A DNA stretch of 64,000 nucleotides from a candidate division TM6 bacterium GW2011_GWF2_28_16. Lineage in GTDB: Bacteria; Patescibacteriota; Microgenomatia; UBA1400; PJMF01. Location: positions 131,407-195,406 of the forward strand of contig CP011212.1 in assembly GCA_001029715.1 (NCBI GenBank). Direction: 5' to 3'. Numbering within the stretch: the first letter of the stretch is position 1; every line of letters begins with the position of its first letter. Position numbers and translations under genes: made by a program. Below the pieces are notes generated by a model. The model saw only the letters and a list, made by a program, of their open reading frames with translations. It was not told the DNA's origin and searched no databases. Shown here piece after piece: positions 51,032 to 60,436 of the stretch.

Positions 51032-51748
51032 ATGATCGATCTAGTTGCTCGCCAAATCCAAATTTTACGTGCCATTATCGAAGAATTTATTGAGACGGGT
51101 GTGCCTGTTGGTTCTGAAAAGATCGATAAGAAATTCAACATTGGTGTTTCTCCAGCCACCATTCGTAACGAAATGGTTTATCTTACTAAACAAGGTTATC
51201 TGATTAAATCTCATATTAGTGCAGGTCGTGTCCCAACCGCTTTAGCTATGCGTCTTTACATTAATGAGTTAGTCAAAGAAAAAGAACTTTCAGTTGCTGA
51301 TGAAGTTGGTGTTAAGGAAAAAATTTGGCGCTATCGAAACCAAATGGAAGATTTGCTTTATGAGACCTCCAAGGTTTTAGCTGATAAATCTCATGCTCTT
51401 GGGATTGCTATGAACAGCGAAGGTAGAATGTTTCACTCTGGTTATTCCAATTTGCTACAAATGCCAGAATTCTATGACATCAATTTGACTAGACAAGTTC
51501 TACACATGATTGAAGAAGATCAGTTGATGGATCAAATCTTTGAAAGTAATCATAGCGAAAACGCAGTTAAAGTTATTTTTGGCCAAGATTTAGGCAATAA
51601 AGATCTTGATCAAATTAGTATTATGTTTGTTGAATTACCAAACACTAATTGTCGCTTTGGTGTTTTGGGTTCAACTAGATTCGATTATTCCTATGTTTTG
51701 CCAATCATGAAATATTTCAAGGGTTTGATTGAAAGCATGGCGGATTAA
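51032..51748 (+). CDS. hrcA: Heat-inducible transcription repressor HrcA (short form)
   Basis: RQIQILRAIIEEFI..G.PVGS, SPATIRNEM, HISAGRVPT, GVLGSTRFDY. Confidence 0.93.
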   Translation: MIDLVARQIQILRAIIEEFIETGVPVGSEKIDKKFNIGVSPATIRNEMVYLTKQGYLIKSHISAGRVPTALAMRLYINELVKEKELSVADEVGVKEKIWRYRNQMEDLLYETSKVLADKSHALGIAMNSEGRMFHSGYSNLLQMPEFYDINLTRQVLHMIEEDQLMDQIFESNHSENAVKVIFGQDLGNKDLDQISIMFVELPNTNCRFGVLGSTRFDYSYVLPIMKYFKGLIESMAD

Positions 51749-51796
51749 TTTTTTCAAAATCTAGAAAATCATTATTATAAGAAATTAAATAATATT

Positions 51797-52273
51797 ATGA
51801 AAAATAAAAATGATGATCAAACTGTTCCTAACGAAAAGACTGAAGAGGTAATTAGCGAGGAGCAAAGAAAAATTCAGGAGTTGCAACTTTTATTAAATGC
51901 ATCTTTGGAAAGAGAAAAGAGAGTTTTGGCTGATTATCAGAACTTACAGCGTCGTTCTCAGACAGAAAGATTAGCTTTCATCAAAATGGCTAATAAAGAT
52001 TTTTGCCAGGTTTTACTTCAACCCTTAGAACATTTATCTATGGCCGCTGCTAATCTCAAAGATCGCGGTTTAGACATGGTAGTTGAACAATTTTGGAAGG
52101 AGCTACGAGATTTTGGTTTAGAAGAAATTGAAGTCTTAGCTAAGAAATTTGACCTAGAAACAATGGAAGTAGTGGATAAAAAAGGTGATGGCGAAAAAGT
52201 TGTCGAAGTTGTGCGTAAAGGTTACAGCTTAAACGGCGAAGTTATTCAACATGCCCAGGTAATTTTAGCTTAA
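51797..52273 (+). CDS. grpE: Nucleotide exchange factor GrpE
   Basis: ADYQNLQRR, FD...MEVV, KGYSLNGEVIQHAQV. Confidence 0.93.
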   Translation: MKNKNDDQTVPNEKTEEVISEEQRKIQELQLLLNASLEREKRVLADYQNLQRRSQTERLAFIKMANKDFCQVLLQPLEHLSMAAANLKDRGLDMVVEQFWKELRDFGLEEIEVLAKKFDLETMEVVDKKGDGEKVVEVVRKGYSLNGEVIQHAQVILA

Positions 52274-52280
52274 ATTGCTA

Positions 52281-52307
52281 CTAGCAGTCTACACTCTCGT
52301 CTGCTAA
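52281..52307 (+). promoter_or_regulatory. CIRCE-like operator upstream of dnaK
   Basis: CTAGCAGTC-N9-GTCTGCTAA, overlapping TGCTAAAAT extended -10. Confidence 0.75.
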
Positions 52308-52345
52308 AATAATATGAATTAAGAAAATAAAAGGAAGGACAAATT

Positions 52346-54277
52346 ATGTCGAAAATTATAGGTATTGATCTTGGAACTACCAATTCAGCCATTGCAGTTA
52401 TGCAGGGTGGTAGCTCTGTAATTATCCCAACCAGCGAGGGAAGAAACACTTTTCCTTCGATTGTTGGTTTCAAAAATAATGAATCTATCGTTGGTGATCC
52501 AGCCAAACGTCAAATGGTTTTAAATGCTAAAAAAACTGTTAATTCAGTTAAGAGGTTTATGGGTCGTAAGCTTAATGATGAAGCTGTCAAAAAAGCTATT
52601 AAGCACGTATCTTATGAAGTCGTTGAGGGTAAAGATGGTATGGCTGTCGTTAATATTGATGGTAAGAAATACACCCCTCAAGAAATTTCTGCCAAGATTT
52701 TGTCTAAAGCAAAAGCTGATGCTGAAAGTTTTTTGGGTGAAAAAGTGGATCGTGCTGTCATTACTGTCCCAGCTTATTTTAATGATGCTCAGCGTCAAGC
52801 TACTAAGCAGGCCGGTGAAATTGCCGGTTTGAAAGTAGAGCGCATCGTTAATGAACCAACCGCTGCCGCTTTGGCTTATGGTCTTGATAAAAAAGGCTCT
52901 CAAACCATTGCTGTTTATGATCTTGGTGGAGGTACTTTTGATATTTCCATTTTGGAAATTGGTGATGGAGTTTTTGAAGTCAAATCTACCAACGGTGATA
53001 CTTTCCTCGGTGGTGACGACTTTGACAGTGTCATTATCGAATGGATTGTCAGTGAATTTAAGAAGGATCAGGGAAAAGATTTAAACAAAGATCCTCAAGC
53101 CATGCAACGTATTAAAGATGCTGCAGAAAAAGCTAAGATTGAATTATCTGCCTCTGCCAGCACTGAAATTAATCAGCCATTTATTACTCAAGGTGATGAT
53201 GGTCAGCCTTTGCATTTAACCTTGACTCTAACTAGAGCCAAATTAGAAGAATTAGTGGATGATTTAATCAAAAAATCCATTGAACCAGTCAAAAAGGCTC
53301 TCAGTGATGCTAAGTTAACAGCCAAAGATATTGATGAAGTAGTTTTAGTAGGTGGTATGACCAGAATGCCAAAAGTGCAAAAAGTTGTTGAAGAGTTTTT
53401 TGGCAAAGAGCCTCATAAAGGTGTTAATCCAGATGAAGTAGTCGCTATTGGTGCTGCTGTTCAAGCAGGGGTTATTTCTGGAGATGTCAACGACGTGGTT
53501 TTGTTAGACGTCACACCTTTAACTCTTGGAATTGAGACTTTAGGTGGCATTCGCACTCCTTTAATTGACAGAAATACCACTATCCCAACCAGCAAATCTC
53601 AAGTTTTTTCCACTGCAGCTGATAATCAGACTCAGGTGGAAATTAATGTTTTGCAGGGTGAGCGTGAAATGGCTGTCGACAATAAGAGTTTAGGTCGTTT
53701 CATTCTTGATGGTATTCCAGCTGCAATGCGTGGAGTACCTCAAGTAGAAGTCACTTTTGACATTGATAGTAATGGCATTTTGCATGTTACTGCCAAGGAC
53801 AAAACATCTAATAAAGAACAAAAAATTACTATTGCCAATAGCACTAACCTTTCAGAGGAAGAAGTAGAAAAAATGAAGGCTGAGGCTGAAAAATACGCTG
53901 AAGATGATAAAGCTAAAAAAGAGCTCATTGAAAGCAAAAATAAAGCTAATAGCATTGTCTTTGAAATGGAGAAACAACTCAAAGAATATGGCGATAAGTT
54001 AGAAGAAGCTGACCGTAAAAAAATTGAGGAAGATCTCAAAGCACTTCAAGATTTAGCTGCCAAAGAAGATGTCACTAAAGACGAACTTGAAAAAGCCATT
54101 GAAGCTACCATGACTTCTAGCCAAAAAATTGGCGAAGCCATGCAAAAAGCCCAAGCAGAGCAAGCAAAGAATGCTTCAGCTGAGCCTGGTAAAGATGGTG
54201 AGGCTAAAGGCGAGGAAGACGAGAAAAAAGAAGCTGACAAGAAAGATGCTGAGGAAGGCGAAGTAGTTAAAGAATAA
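52346..54277 (+). CDS. dnaK: Chaperone DnaK
   Basis: [31 protein letters not shown]. Confidence 0.99.
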   Translation: MSKIIGIDLGTTNSAIAVMQGGSSVIIPTSEGRNTFPSIVGFKNNESIVGDPAKRQMVLNAKKTVNSVKRFMGRKLNDEAVKKAIKHVSYEVVEGKDGMAVVNIDGKKYTPQEISAKILSKAKADAESFLGEKVDRAVITVPAYFNDAQRQATKQAGEIAGLKVERIVNEPTAAALAYGLDKKGSQTIAVYDLGGGTFDISILEIGDGVFEVKSTNGDTFLGGDDFDSVIIEWIVSEFKKDQGKDLNKDPQAMQRIKDAAEKAKIELSASASTEINQPFITQGDDGQPLHLTLTLTRAKLEELVDDLIKKSIEPVKKALSDAKLTAKDIDEVVLVGGMTRMPKVQKVVEEFFGKEPHKGVNPDEVVAIGAAVQAGVISGDVNDVVLLDVTPLTLGIETLGGIRTPLIDRNTTIPTSKSQVFSTAADNQTQVEINVLQGEREMAVDNKSLGRFILDGIPAAMRGVPQVEVTFDIDSNGILHVTAKDKTSNKEQKITIANSTNLSEEEVEKMKAEAEKYAEDDKAKKELIESKNKANSIVFEMEKQLKEYGDKLEEADRKKIEEDLKALQDLAAKEDVTKDELEKAIEATMTSSQKIGEAMQKAQAEQAKNASAEPGKDGEAKGEEDEKKEADKKDAEEGEVVKE

Positions 54278-54287
54278 AATCATAAGC

Positions 54288-54319
54288 TTAGAGGCGCTGG
54301 CAATAGCCAGCGCCTCTAA
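54288..54319. terminator. Strong hairpin between dnaK and dnaJ (stabiliser or weak terminator)
   Basis: TTAGAGGCGCTGGC-AATA-GCCAGCGCCTCTAA, poor T-tract. Confidence 0.65.
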
Positions 54320-54336
54320 TATTTGTTGAAAAATTT

Positions 54337-55203
54337 ATGTCAGCTAAACGAGATTATTACGAAGTTTTGGGAGTTAAAAAAACTGCAAGTGCTGCAGAGA
54401 TTAAATCTGCCTATCGCAAGTTAGCTCTCAAATTTCATCCCGATCGCAACAAAGAAACTGGGGCTGAAGATAAATTCAAAGAGATCAACGAGGCTTACCA
54501 AGTTTTATCTGATTCTAAAAAGAAGCAAACTTATGACCAATTTGGTCACGCTGCTTTCGATCCGTCTTCTGGTATGGGCGGTGGTCAGGGTCCGTTTGGT
54601 GGTTTTGGTGGACAAGGTGGTGGTTTTAATTGGTCGTCTTATTCTAGTTCTGGTGGGCAAGGTGGAGCTGATTTTGACTTTGGCGATCCTTTTGAAATTT
54701 TTGAACAATTCTTTGGTGGTGGTTTTTCTGGTAGAGCCAGACAGCGCCGCCCACATTATTCTCTAAAGATAGATTTCATGGAGGCTGTTAAAGGTGTCGA
54801 AAAAGCTGTCGAGATTGATGGCAAAAAACAAACAATCAAAGTTCCAGCTGGCGCCAATAATGGCACTCGTATTCGTTTTACGGATTTTGATATTTCCATT
54901 GATGTTGGCACTAATCCTCGATTTAAGCGTGATGGCTATGACATTTTTGTCGATGAGAAAATCTCTTTTAGCACAGCAGCCTTGGGAGGTGAAATTAAGG
55001 TAAAAACTCTAACCGGAGAACTAAAGTTAAAGGTTAGACCAGGAACTTTATCTCACTCTTTAATTCGTTTGCGCGGGGAAGGCGTTCAGCACTTACAGAG
55101 CCGTGGTAAAGGCGATTTATATGTGCGTTTAATTATTAATGTTCCAGAAAAATTAAGCAGAGAACAAAAAAAAGCTCTTGAAGAATTAAGAGAACTTGAA
55201 TAG
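54337..55203 (+). CDS. dnaJ: DnaJ-family chaperone without zinc-finger domain
   Basis: DYYEVLG, HPD, G/F-rich linker, C-terminal domain; no CxxCxGxG repeats. Confidence 0.92.
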   Translation: MSAKRDYYEVLGVKKTASAAEIKSAYRKLALKFHPDRNKETGAEDKFKEINEAYQVLSDSKKKQTYDQFGHAAFDPSSGMGGGQGPFGGFGGQGGGFNWSSYSSSGGQGGADFDFGDPFEIFEQFFGGGFSGRARQRRPHYSLKIDFMEAVKGVEKAVEIDGKKQTIKVPAGANNGTRIRFTDFDISIDVGTNPRFKRDGYDIFVDEKISFSTAALGGEIKVKTLTGELKLKVRPGTLSHSLIRLRGEGVQHLQSRGKGDLYVRLIINVPEKLSREQKKALEELRELE

Positions 55204-55271
55204 CTTTTCCTGATTCAAGCATCCTTTTACTTTTTATCCCTTATTTGCTATAATGAACTTTAGTTGTTTAG

Positions 55272-55310
55272 TAAGAGGAGGACTGTTGAAAGACAAGTCC
55301 TTTTTTCTTA
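55272..55310 (+). promoter_or_regulatory. rimP-leader-like attenuator hairpin upstream of nusA
   Basis: TGCTATAAT at 55246-55254, then GAGGACT...AGTCCTTTTTT hairpin with T-tract. Confidence 0.6.
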
Positions 55311-55352
55311 TCAGACGCTTTTAGAAGAATTTAATTAAAAAGAAAGATTTTT

Positions 55353-56600
55353 ATGTCTACAGTACAGAATGCTAATTTAGTTAGAACTGAATTTGCTGCT
55401 GCTATCAACCAAATCGCCACTGAGCGCAAAATTGAGGCAGAAGATATTTATGAGGCTATCCGTCAGGCTTTGGTTTCAGCTTATCGTAAGCAAATCGGTG
55501 ATATTGATGAAACTTTTCATTACTATGTTGATTTAGATAAAAGTAACGGTTCGGCTCGTATTCTTAGAGCTCCAATGACCAAAAGAGATGAAGAAACCTT
55601 AGAGATTTTGGAATGGGATGAAAAGAAAACTGAGGATGTTACTCCAGCTGGTTTCGGTCGTATTGCTGCTCAGACTGCTAAGCAAGTTATTTTGCAACGT
55701 ATTAGAAGAAGTGAGCGCGATACTATTATTGCCGCTTATCGTGATCGTATTGGTGAAGTTGTTACAGGTCAAGTTTTGCGCATGCAAGGTCGCAATGTCA
55801 TTTTAGACATTGGCCGTGGTCAGGCTTTTATGCCACCAGAAGAACAGATGCGTGGCGAATTTTATCGTCTCAATCAACGTTTAGCAGTGCTCATCAAAGA
55901 AATTAGTGAAACTGTTCGTGGTGAACAAATTATTGTAACTCGCGCCAGTGCCGAACTTGTCAGCAAACTTTTTGAAAGAGAAGTTCCAGAAGTTTCTTCA
56001 GGTGCTGTTGAAATTGTTGCTATTGCCCGCGAAGCTGGTGTCCGTACCAAACTAACTGTCAAATCTACTCAAGAAGGAGTTGATCCAGTTGGTTCTTGTG
56101 TCGGTCAACGTGGTGTTCGTGTGCAGAAGGTTATCGAAGAATTAAATAACGAAAAAGTTGATATTATTCCTTACTCAGCAGATTCTCGCTTATTACTTCA
56201 AGCATCTTTGGCTCCAGCTGAAGGTCTGCAAATTGAAGTTGATGACAAAATTAGATTGGTAACTGTTACTGCTCCAGATGACCAATTATCTTTAGTCATT
56301 GGTCGCGGTGGACAAAATGTTCGCTTAGCTGCCAAGCTAACTGGTTATCAAATCACCGTTAAATCTGCTTCTGGTCAGGTGCAATCATCCGTCACTGGTA
56401 AAGAAGATTATGAAATTGATACCTTTGGTTTAGAAGATGACTCTAGAGAAATTCTAATTCAACATAAACTAACCACTCTAGCTGACTTAGTTCGCTTCAG
56501 AGATAAATGGGTTAATATGAATGAAGTAGCTGAAAAAGATCAGAAAATTTTATTAGCCAAAGTCGAAGAATATCTAGAACAAGAAAGTAAACGCGAATAA
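55353..56600 (+). CDS. nusA: Transcription termination factor NusA
   Basis: FGRIAAQTAKQVILQ, AREAGVRTK, DPVGSCVGQRG, IGRGGQNVRLAAKLTG. Confidence 0.98.
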   Translation: MSTVQNANLVRTEFAAAINQIATERKIEAEDIYEAIRQALVSAYRKQIGDIDETFHYYVDLDKSNGSARILRAPMTKRDEETLEILEWDEKKTEDVTPAGFGRIAAQTAKQVILQRIRRSERDTIIAAYRDRIGEVVTGQVLRMQGRNVILDIGRGQAFMPPEEQMRGEFYRLNQRLAVLIKEISETVRGEQIIVTRASAELVSKLFEREVPEVSSGAVEIVAIAREAGVRTKLTVKSTQEGVDPVGSCVGQRGVRVQKVIEELNNEKVDIIPYSADSRLLLQASLAPAEGLQIEVDDKIRLVTVTAPDDQLSLVIGRGGQNVRLAAKLTGYQITVKSASGQVQSSVTGKEDYEIDTFGLEDDSREILIQHKLTTLADLVRFRDKWVNMNEVAEKDQKILLAKVEEYLEQESKRE

Positions 56601-56602
56601 TT

Positions 56603-58087
56603 ATGTTATTGAAAAGAGCGCCAATTATTACCATTATGGGTCATGTCGACCACGGCAAGACTTCGCTCTTAGATTTTATTCGTCATTCTAGTATTGCAGC
56701 TCGTGAAGCTGGTGGCATTACTCAGCACATCGGTGCTTACCAAATTGAATTTCAAGATCAAAAAATCACTTTCATTGATACTCCTGGTCACGCTGCTTTT
56801 AATAAAATGCGTCAGCGTGGTGCTCAGGTTACTGATTTAGTAATTTTAGTTGTAGCTGCTAACGACGGAGTTAAGCCTCAGACTCTAGAATCCATTCGCT
56901 TCATTAAAGAAAGCAAAGTACCTTTTATTGTGGCAATCAACAAAATTGATTTACCAGATCTTCATTTAGAAGTGGTTAAGGGTCAACTAGCTGAAGCTGA
57001 TGTTCTACTCCAAGAATACGGTGGCGATATTGAAGCTGTCGAAATTTCTGCAAAAACTGGCAAAGGTGTTGATAAATTACTTGAGACAATCGCTGTAATG
57101 GCTGATCTTCTTGAGCTAAAAACTGATCCAGCAGCTCCTCTTGAAGCAGTAGTCATTGAATCCAGTAAAGAAAAAAATAAAGGTCCAGTGGCTCGCGTGA
57201 TTGTTCGTTCTGGCACTCTCGCCGTTCGCCAAAATTTAATCGTTGATGAAATTACAGGTAGAGTTCGTTTGCTTGAAAATGAAAAAGGTCAGGCTATTAA
57301 CCAAGTCCTACCAGGTGAGCCAGCAGAGATTATTGGGCTCGATGAAGCTCCAGAAGTAGGTAGTGTTATTCGTGATGCTGATGCCAATTATGATGAGGAT
57401 TTAACTGATGAATTTAGCAAAACTGGTAGTTTGGAAAAATCTTTCCGCCTTAGTGATGAAACTAATTGGGAAAAGATGGATCTAGATTTCATGCTTGGTG
57501 ATAAAGAAAAAATTAAATTAATTGTCAAAGCTGATGTTAAAGGTACTCTTGAGGCAATTTTGCAAAGTTTAGATACAGAAACTGTCGATGTCATTGCTTG
57601 TGGAGTGGGTCAAATTACTGAGCAAGACATGGAAATTGCTCGTGATGGTAAGGTTTTACTGATTGCTTTTAACGTTAAAGTTAACAATACCCAGAAGAAA
57701 ATTGCCAAAAACATGGGCGTCAAAATCAAAGAATACAACATTATTTATCATCTCATTGAAGATTTGCAACAAAGCATGCTCAAGCTGATGGACGCTACTT
57801 TTGATGAAATAGTCACTGGTGAGGCTGAGGTTTTGCAGATTTTTACAATGAAAGGCGAAACTATTGCCGGCGTCAGAGTCAAAACTGGCGAATTGAAGAA
57901 AAGTGATCTTTTCCATCTTAAACGTGGTGAAGAAATTATTTCCAACCCAGTTCTTAAAACCATGCGTCACGGCAAAGACGAAATTGATCGCATTGGTACT
58001 AAAAATGAAGGTGGTTTAACTTTCAAAAATAAAAAACTCGATTTTCAAATTGGTGACACCATCGTCGCTTATAAAAAAGAGAGCTAG
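56603..58087 (+). CDS. infB: Translation initiation factor IF-2 (N-terminal domain absent)
   Basis: MGHVDHGKTSLLD, AGGITQHIGAY, DTPGHAAF, NKID. Confidence 0.97.
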   Translation: MLLKRAPIITIMGHVDHGKTSLLDFIRHSSIAAREAGGITQHIGAYQIEFQDQKITFIDTPGHAAFNKMRQRGAQVTDLVILVVAANDGVKPQTLESIRFIKESKVPFIVAINKIDLPDLHLEVVKGQLAEADVLLQEYGGDIEAVEISAKTGKGVDKLLETIAVMADLLELKTDPAAPLEAVVIESSKEKNKGPVARVIVRSGTLAVRQNLIVDEITGRVRLLENEKGQAINQVLPGEPAEIIGLDEAPEVGSVIRDADANYDEDLTDEFSKTGSLEKSFRLSDETNWEKMDLDFMLGDKEKIKLIVKADVKGTLEAILQSLDTETVDVIACGVGQITEQDMEIARDGKVLLIAFNVKVNNTQKKIAKNMGVKIKEYNIIYHLIEDLQQSMLKLMDATFDEIVTGEAEVLQIFTMKGETIAGVRVKTGELKKSDLFHLKRGEEIISNPVLKTMRHGKDEIDRIGTKNEGGLTFKNKKLDFQIGDTIVAYKKES

Positions 58088-58185
58088 ACTTTTTACCAGA
58101 TAAGACTTACAATATCCTCCTTATTAATTAATGCTTACTTTAATTCTTGGTTAGCTGACTAGGAATTCAAAGGCGAAAGGAAATC

Positions 58186-58455
58186 ATGGCATTAGCAAAA
58201 CAAAGTAAAGCTTCAATCATCAAAGACTTCGCTCTTTTTGAAGGCGACACTGGATCTCCAGAGGTACAGGTGGCTCTTTTAACTATTTCAATCGAACAGT
58301 TGACTGAACATCTTAAATTACACAAGAAAGATAATCACTCTCGCAAAGGCTTGCTCAAGCAAGTTTCCAAGAGACGTCGTTTGTTAAATTTCTTGCTTTC
58401 AAGAAGTGAAGATAGATACCGCAAGCTAATTGGAAAATTAGGCTTGAGCAAATAA
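58186..58455 (+). CDS. rpsO: 30S ribosomal protein S15
   Basis: [25 protein letters not shown]. Confidence 0.98.
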   Translation: MALAKQSKASIIKDFALFEGDTGSPEVQVALLTISIEQLTEHLKLHKKDNHSRKGLLKQVSKRRRLLNFLLSRSEDRYRKLIGKLGLSK

Positions 58456-58558
58456 GTTATTTTTCTCATTGCAAAGCAAAAAAAATTCTTTTACACTAAA
58501 ACACAGTGATATTTGTGTATTGTTTTGTATCTAGAATACAAAGAAAGTAAAGGAATAT

Positions 58559-60220
58559 ATGTTGGAATTTTCTCCTAATGTGGATTTCAAGAAAGAGAAT
58601 GTAAAAAGTGTTGCAGGTTTTACTGATAACGTAGCTGACACAAATCTTAGACTTAGAGAAAAAAGCATGAGTACGGCAGGAAACTTAAAAGAAATTGCCA
58701 AATCAGAATTTAAGGTTAAGGCTGATGGTGTCCTCAGCGAAGAAGAACAAGACGATCAATCTCCGTATACAGAACAAGAAATGAATGCCTTTAGTGTAGA
58801 AGATAAGAAAAAATTCTTAACTGAGTTGCAGAATACAGCTAAGGAACAAGATTCTTTTAAAAAATTAGAAAACCAAAAAAATAAAAAAGAAGGTAAGGCT
58901 TTTGAATTAGCTTTGGAAAAACGCAAAATAGAAGAAGAATTAAAAGCAAAGTTTAAAGAATTTGAAGCTAAAAAAGAAGCTATAGAAAATCAACGTGAAG
59001 TAAAAATAGCTAGAACAGAAGCGAGATATCAAAGAAGTGAAACAAGATTGCGCGAAGGTACAAGCAAGGAAAGACATTATTTAACCAATGAAATTAGAAA
59101 TAATTCAGCTGTTAGTGAATTTTCAGAAAATTCCCAGAAACTAAAAGACTTAGAAAGTTACCTTGGTTTTCAGAGAACTGATGAAATTCAACAAGGGCTT
59201 ATAGCTAAAAGAGATGAGGCTAAAGTAAATCCAGACGTTAATGAATTGATGCAGAAGATAGCTGAATTGCCAGCTAAGTTGGAAGAACAAATTCAAGCAC
59301 GTAAGCAAGGTTTGATTAATAGACTGGGGATAATAGAAAAAAATACCAAGGAAGAATTGAACCAACTTAAAGGTTTAACGTTAACCGAGGTTAATGAAAT
59401 TAAACAGCGTTTGTCACAAGTTGAACAAGAGCAAGCTAAAGTTGAGCAAGAGTTTGATGATCTAGAGATGCAGATTGCAGACAAACAACGCATGCAAGAT
59501 TCAGTGGATATTCTAAAAGATGATCTACGTGAATTCAGTTTTAAAGATGCAAAAAAAGTTACTGCAGATCTTGAAAAAAGATCAGCTAACACTGTTAGTT
59601 TGGAAAATTTATCCGATAGTGAAGAACTCAATAAAGAACAACTCGGTGGTATTATCGAGAGAGCTCAGAAAATACTTACGTCTTTAATAGAGGTAGGAGA
59701 TGCTTCAACAAAGGCTAATGAAAATGCTTATTTAGAACAAGAAGCAGTTCTTGATGATGAAAAAACAAAATTGCTAGGTGAGAAAGAACAAACTCATAAA
59801 GATTTGATTGGTGAATTAAGTAAGCCATTTGCAGATGCACTCAAGAAGGCAAAAGAAATTCCTGATGCAGAATTAGAAGAAGGCGCCAATGCTATTGAAG
59901 CATTTTCTAAATTAAACCTAAAGGCTTTGGGCGAAGAACAAGAAAAAGCTGAGAAAAAGATTGATAAATCCACTGAGGCTTTGAATAAGTTTACTGCTAA
60001 AGTTGAAAAGCGTTTTGCAAAATTAACTGCAAAATTAGACAGATCAAGAGTAAATGCTAATAATGAAGTATATGATTTACTTAATGATAAGTATAAAGAT
60101 ACCTCAGAAGTTAAGAAAATGGCTCAAGAATTTCAAAGTACTGATTTTGACCAAATGGTTCAGGCAGGAAGTCTCTTGAAAAGAGTTTTTTCTAAAATTT
60201 TTGCGAGCAGACAGGCTTAG
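58559..60220 (+). CDS. Long coiled-coil hypothetical protein
   Basis: 553 aa rich in E/K/Q/L, no TM, own promoter-like TTGCAA-N17-TACACT, SD AAGGA and terminator. Confidence 0.7.
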   Translation: MLEFSPNVDFKKENVKSVAGFTDNVADTNLRLREKSMSTAGNLKEIAKSEFKVKADGVLSEEEQDDQSPYTEQEMNAFSVEDKKKFLTELQNTAKEQDSFKKLENQKNKKEGKAFELALEKRKIEEELKAKFKEFEAKKEAIENQREVKIARTEARYQRSETRLREGTSKERHYLTNEIRNNSAVSEFSENSQKLKDLESYLGFQRTDEIQQGLIAKRDEAKVNPDVNELMQKIAELPAKLEEQIQARKQGLINRLGIIEKNTKEELNQLKGLTLTEVNEIKQRLSQVEQEQAKVEQEFDDLEMQIADKQRMQDSVDILKDDLREFSFKDAKKVTADLEKRSANTVSLENLSDSEELNKEQLGGIIERAQKILTSLIEVGDASTKANENAYLEQEAVLDDEKTKLLGEKEQTHKDLIGELSKPFADALKKAKEIPDAELEEGANAIEAFSKLNLKALGEEQEKAEKKIDKSTEALNKFTAKVEKRFAKLTAKLDRSRVNANNEVYDLLNDKYKDTSEVKKMAQEFQSTDFDQMVQAGSLLKRVFSKIFASRQA

Positions 60221-60248
60221 TTGGTAGAAAACAATTAAATTTATATTT

Positions 60249-60275
60249 AAAACCCGGCTCTTGAGTCGGGTTTTT
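60249..60275 (+). terminator. Intrinsic terminator
   Basis: AAAACCCGGCTC-TT-GAGTCGGGTTTTT. Confidence 0.75.
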
Positions 60276-60312
60276 GCCTTTATCATGTTATAATAGACAA
60301 GTTATTTAATTA

Positions 60313-60397
60313 GGAAACTCAAAGAGAGTTTTTGAGGATTCAAAAAAGACGAGAATTTTTCTCCTCTTTTCAGAATACTCGACTCTCCTGAATTTCC
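60313..60397 (+). promoter_or_regulatory. pnp 5' leader long irregular stem-loop (RNase III-type autoregulatory site)
   Basis: GGAAA/TTTCC, GAGAGT/ACTCTC, GAGGATTC/GAATACTC, AAAAGACGAGA/TCTCCTCTTTT pairings downstream of TGTTATAAT. Confidence 0.6.
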
Positions 60398-60436
60398 CAA
60401 ATCGCCCTAATATAAAAAGGGCAAGAAAGAAAAAAT

